Assembly (NCBI GenBank): GCA_964016885.1
Contig: OZ024743.1
Coordinates: 253,146,001 to 253,210,000, forward strand
Direction: 5' to 3'
From: Eledone cirrhosa
Lineage: Eukaryota
DNA: 64,000 bases
Shown here: one piece after another, positions 62,642 through 64,000 of the stretch
Numbering within the stretch: position 1 is the first letter of the stretch
Layout: each line of letters opens with the position of its first letter
Notes under the pieces: model-generated
What the model saw: the letters and a program-made list of their open reading frames with translations, nothing else
Told to the model about the DNA's origin: nothing
Databases searched by the model: none
Translations under genes and position numbers: made by a program

Positions 62642-62929
62642 GTTATTATTATTATTGGCAACTAAATTGTGAAGACGTGCGATTCTGTGCTCCGATAGGT
62701 TTGTGAATTAGGTTGTTTATATTTGTATTTGGTTGTAATATTTTGTTGTGAACGGATCAGAGAACACCTGTTTTTTCCAAGTGAAAAAGGTGATCCCATA
62801 ATATTTGGGCCTTGAGCCCAAATATGGGAACTTTAATATGTTTTTTCAAATAGTTTTACATTTAAAAATATGGATGGAATAAGCCCACATCTCAAACAAT
62901 GAGTGGAGTGACCCCCCACCCACCACCAC

Positions 62930-63760
62930 CATTAAGACAAGTAAGACACTTTAGGCAGTATCACAAACAACAATAACAACAACATAAAACATAAAACATA
63001 AAACAAAACAATCGAGAGCAACAAGGGAAATAATGACAACACCAACAATAGGAACAGCGACAAAAGTGAAAACAAAAGTGACGATAACACCAACAATGAG
63101 AGGAAGAACGACGTTAAGACAAATGACACCACCAGAACCAGCAACAAAAACGAGAATAACAAGATCAGAACGAACAACAAAACAGCATATTCGTAGCCGT
63201 GGCTGCAAGACCAATGCACTTCTGTCCAGTGGATATTTCAGACAAGGAAGACTGTTTTGCCCAGGCTTGTAAACTAATTTCGCGAGAAAAAACCCGAGCC
63301 AACCTAACCGTCCCGGCCGAAATAATGACAGCAACCCAAAGAACGACGCTGATTTATAGATGCATTTCGGTGCAAGCACTTAAAGTGGAATTGCCCCCTC
63401 CCCCAATCTCAAAAGGATGCTGCACTAAAATGCATCCGAAAAGACGTAGAGTACATAACAAGGGCCAGAATGTTTGGCACCAAAACCTAGGCGCTTACAA
63501 TAAACATTCGATGGCTCCTGTAGAACGGACCACATTATCAGGTACCTGTCCCACATGGGCAGAGGAACAGTGAAGGTCCACATTCCTAGGATTCTGCTAT
63601 GACTGAATTTATGGTGGCTCCTGGGATGCGTGGAGAAAAAGTTGTGAGTAGAGAAGGCAGTGCCCCCCCCCCCCCCCAGTACATTTGCTAAAATGTGGGC
63701 GAATGTCGCTAAGATGGCCCGTGGGAATTGGCATACTATGAGCATGTTCCTGTAGGCTAG
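62930..63760 (+). pseudogene. Possible highly decayed PLE GIY-YIG region
   Basis: Across frames: FCPVD, TLIYRC, TTLS/RYL, L*VEKA in the order expected for the 37140 type endonuclease; weak. Confidence 0.3.
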
Positions 63761-64000
63761 CTGCTTTGGAGAGTTGGGTGGTTCAGGATTGGTGGGGTTC
63801 GTTTTTCACCCCTGATTTTCTCTTCCCCTATTGGGGGAATTTTCATTGTTGCATTTTTAATTTTTTGTTATTGTTTTGACATTGGTTACTCGAGTTTTAT
63901 GCAGAAGATTTACCACTGAACATGTCTATTGTATTTTCCCCTATATGCGGGCCCTTATCAAAACGGTGTAAATCTCTTACGACAGCAGGTTACCACGGAG

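Overview
AT-rich animal intergenic or intronic DNA, saturated with (TA)n/(CA)n/(GA)n microsatellites. The SINE and repeat content looks cephalopod/octopus-like (inference). No host protein-coding exon can be supported, and most ORFs in the supplied track are translations of microsatellites. The real coding remnants are all retroelements: two RTE-clade LINEs (one near full length but inactivated) and four or five Penelope-like elements (PLEs; RT + GIY-YIG). There are also non-autonomous Helitrons, many tRNA/Nin-domain SINEs and MITE-like DNA elements. The hidden layer is RNA. By eye I find more than 25 type I hammerhead ribozyme (HHR) motifs from about 13 unrelated sequence families, lying in PLE pseudo-LTRs and in small non-coding 0.3-0.6 kb units inserted into (TA)n tracts. 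The clearest is a near-perfect 311-bp retrozyme-like array (50277-53163; about 5.9 units followed by about 3.4 inverted units; 9 HHRs). Recurrent properties: (i) palindromic, family-specific stem III (dimer-type HHRs); (ii) a compensatory U3-A8 core (UUGANAA) in four independent families; (iii) HHRs with large stem II insertions; (iv) every orientable inverted insertion has both RNA 3' ends pointing outward into (TA)n; (v) a conserved end motif shared by the 311-bp and 321-bp units. All folds were done by eye, none is validated, and coordinates at microsatellite edges are approximate.
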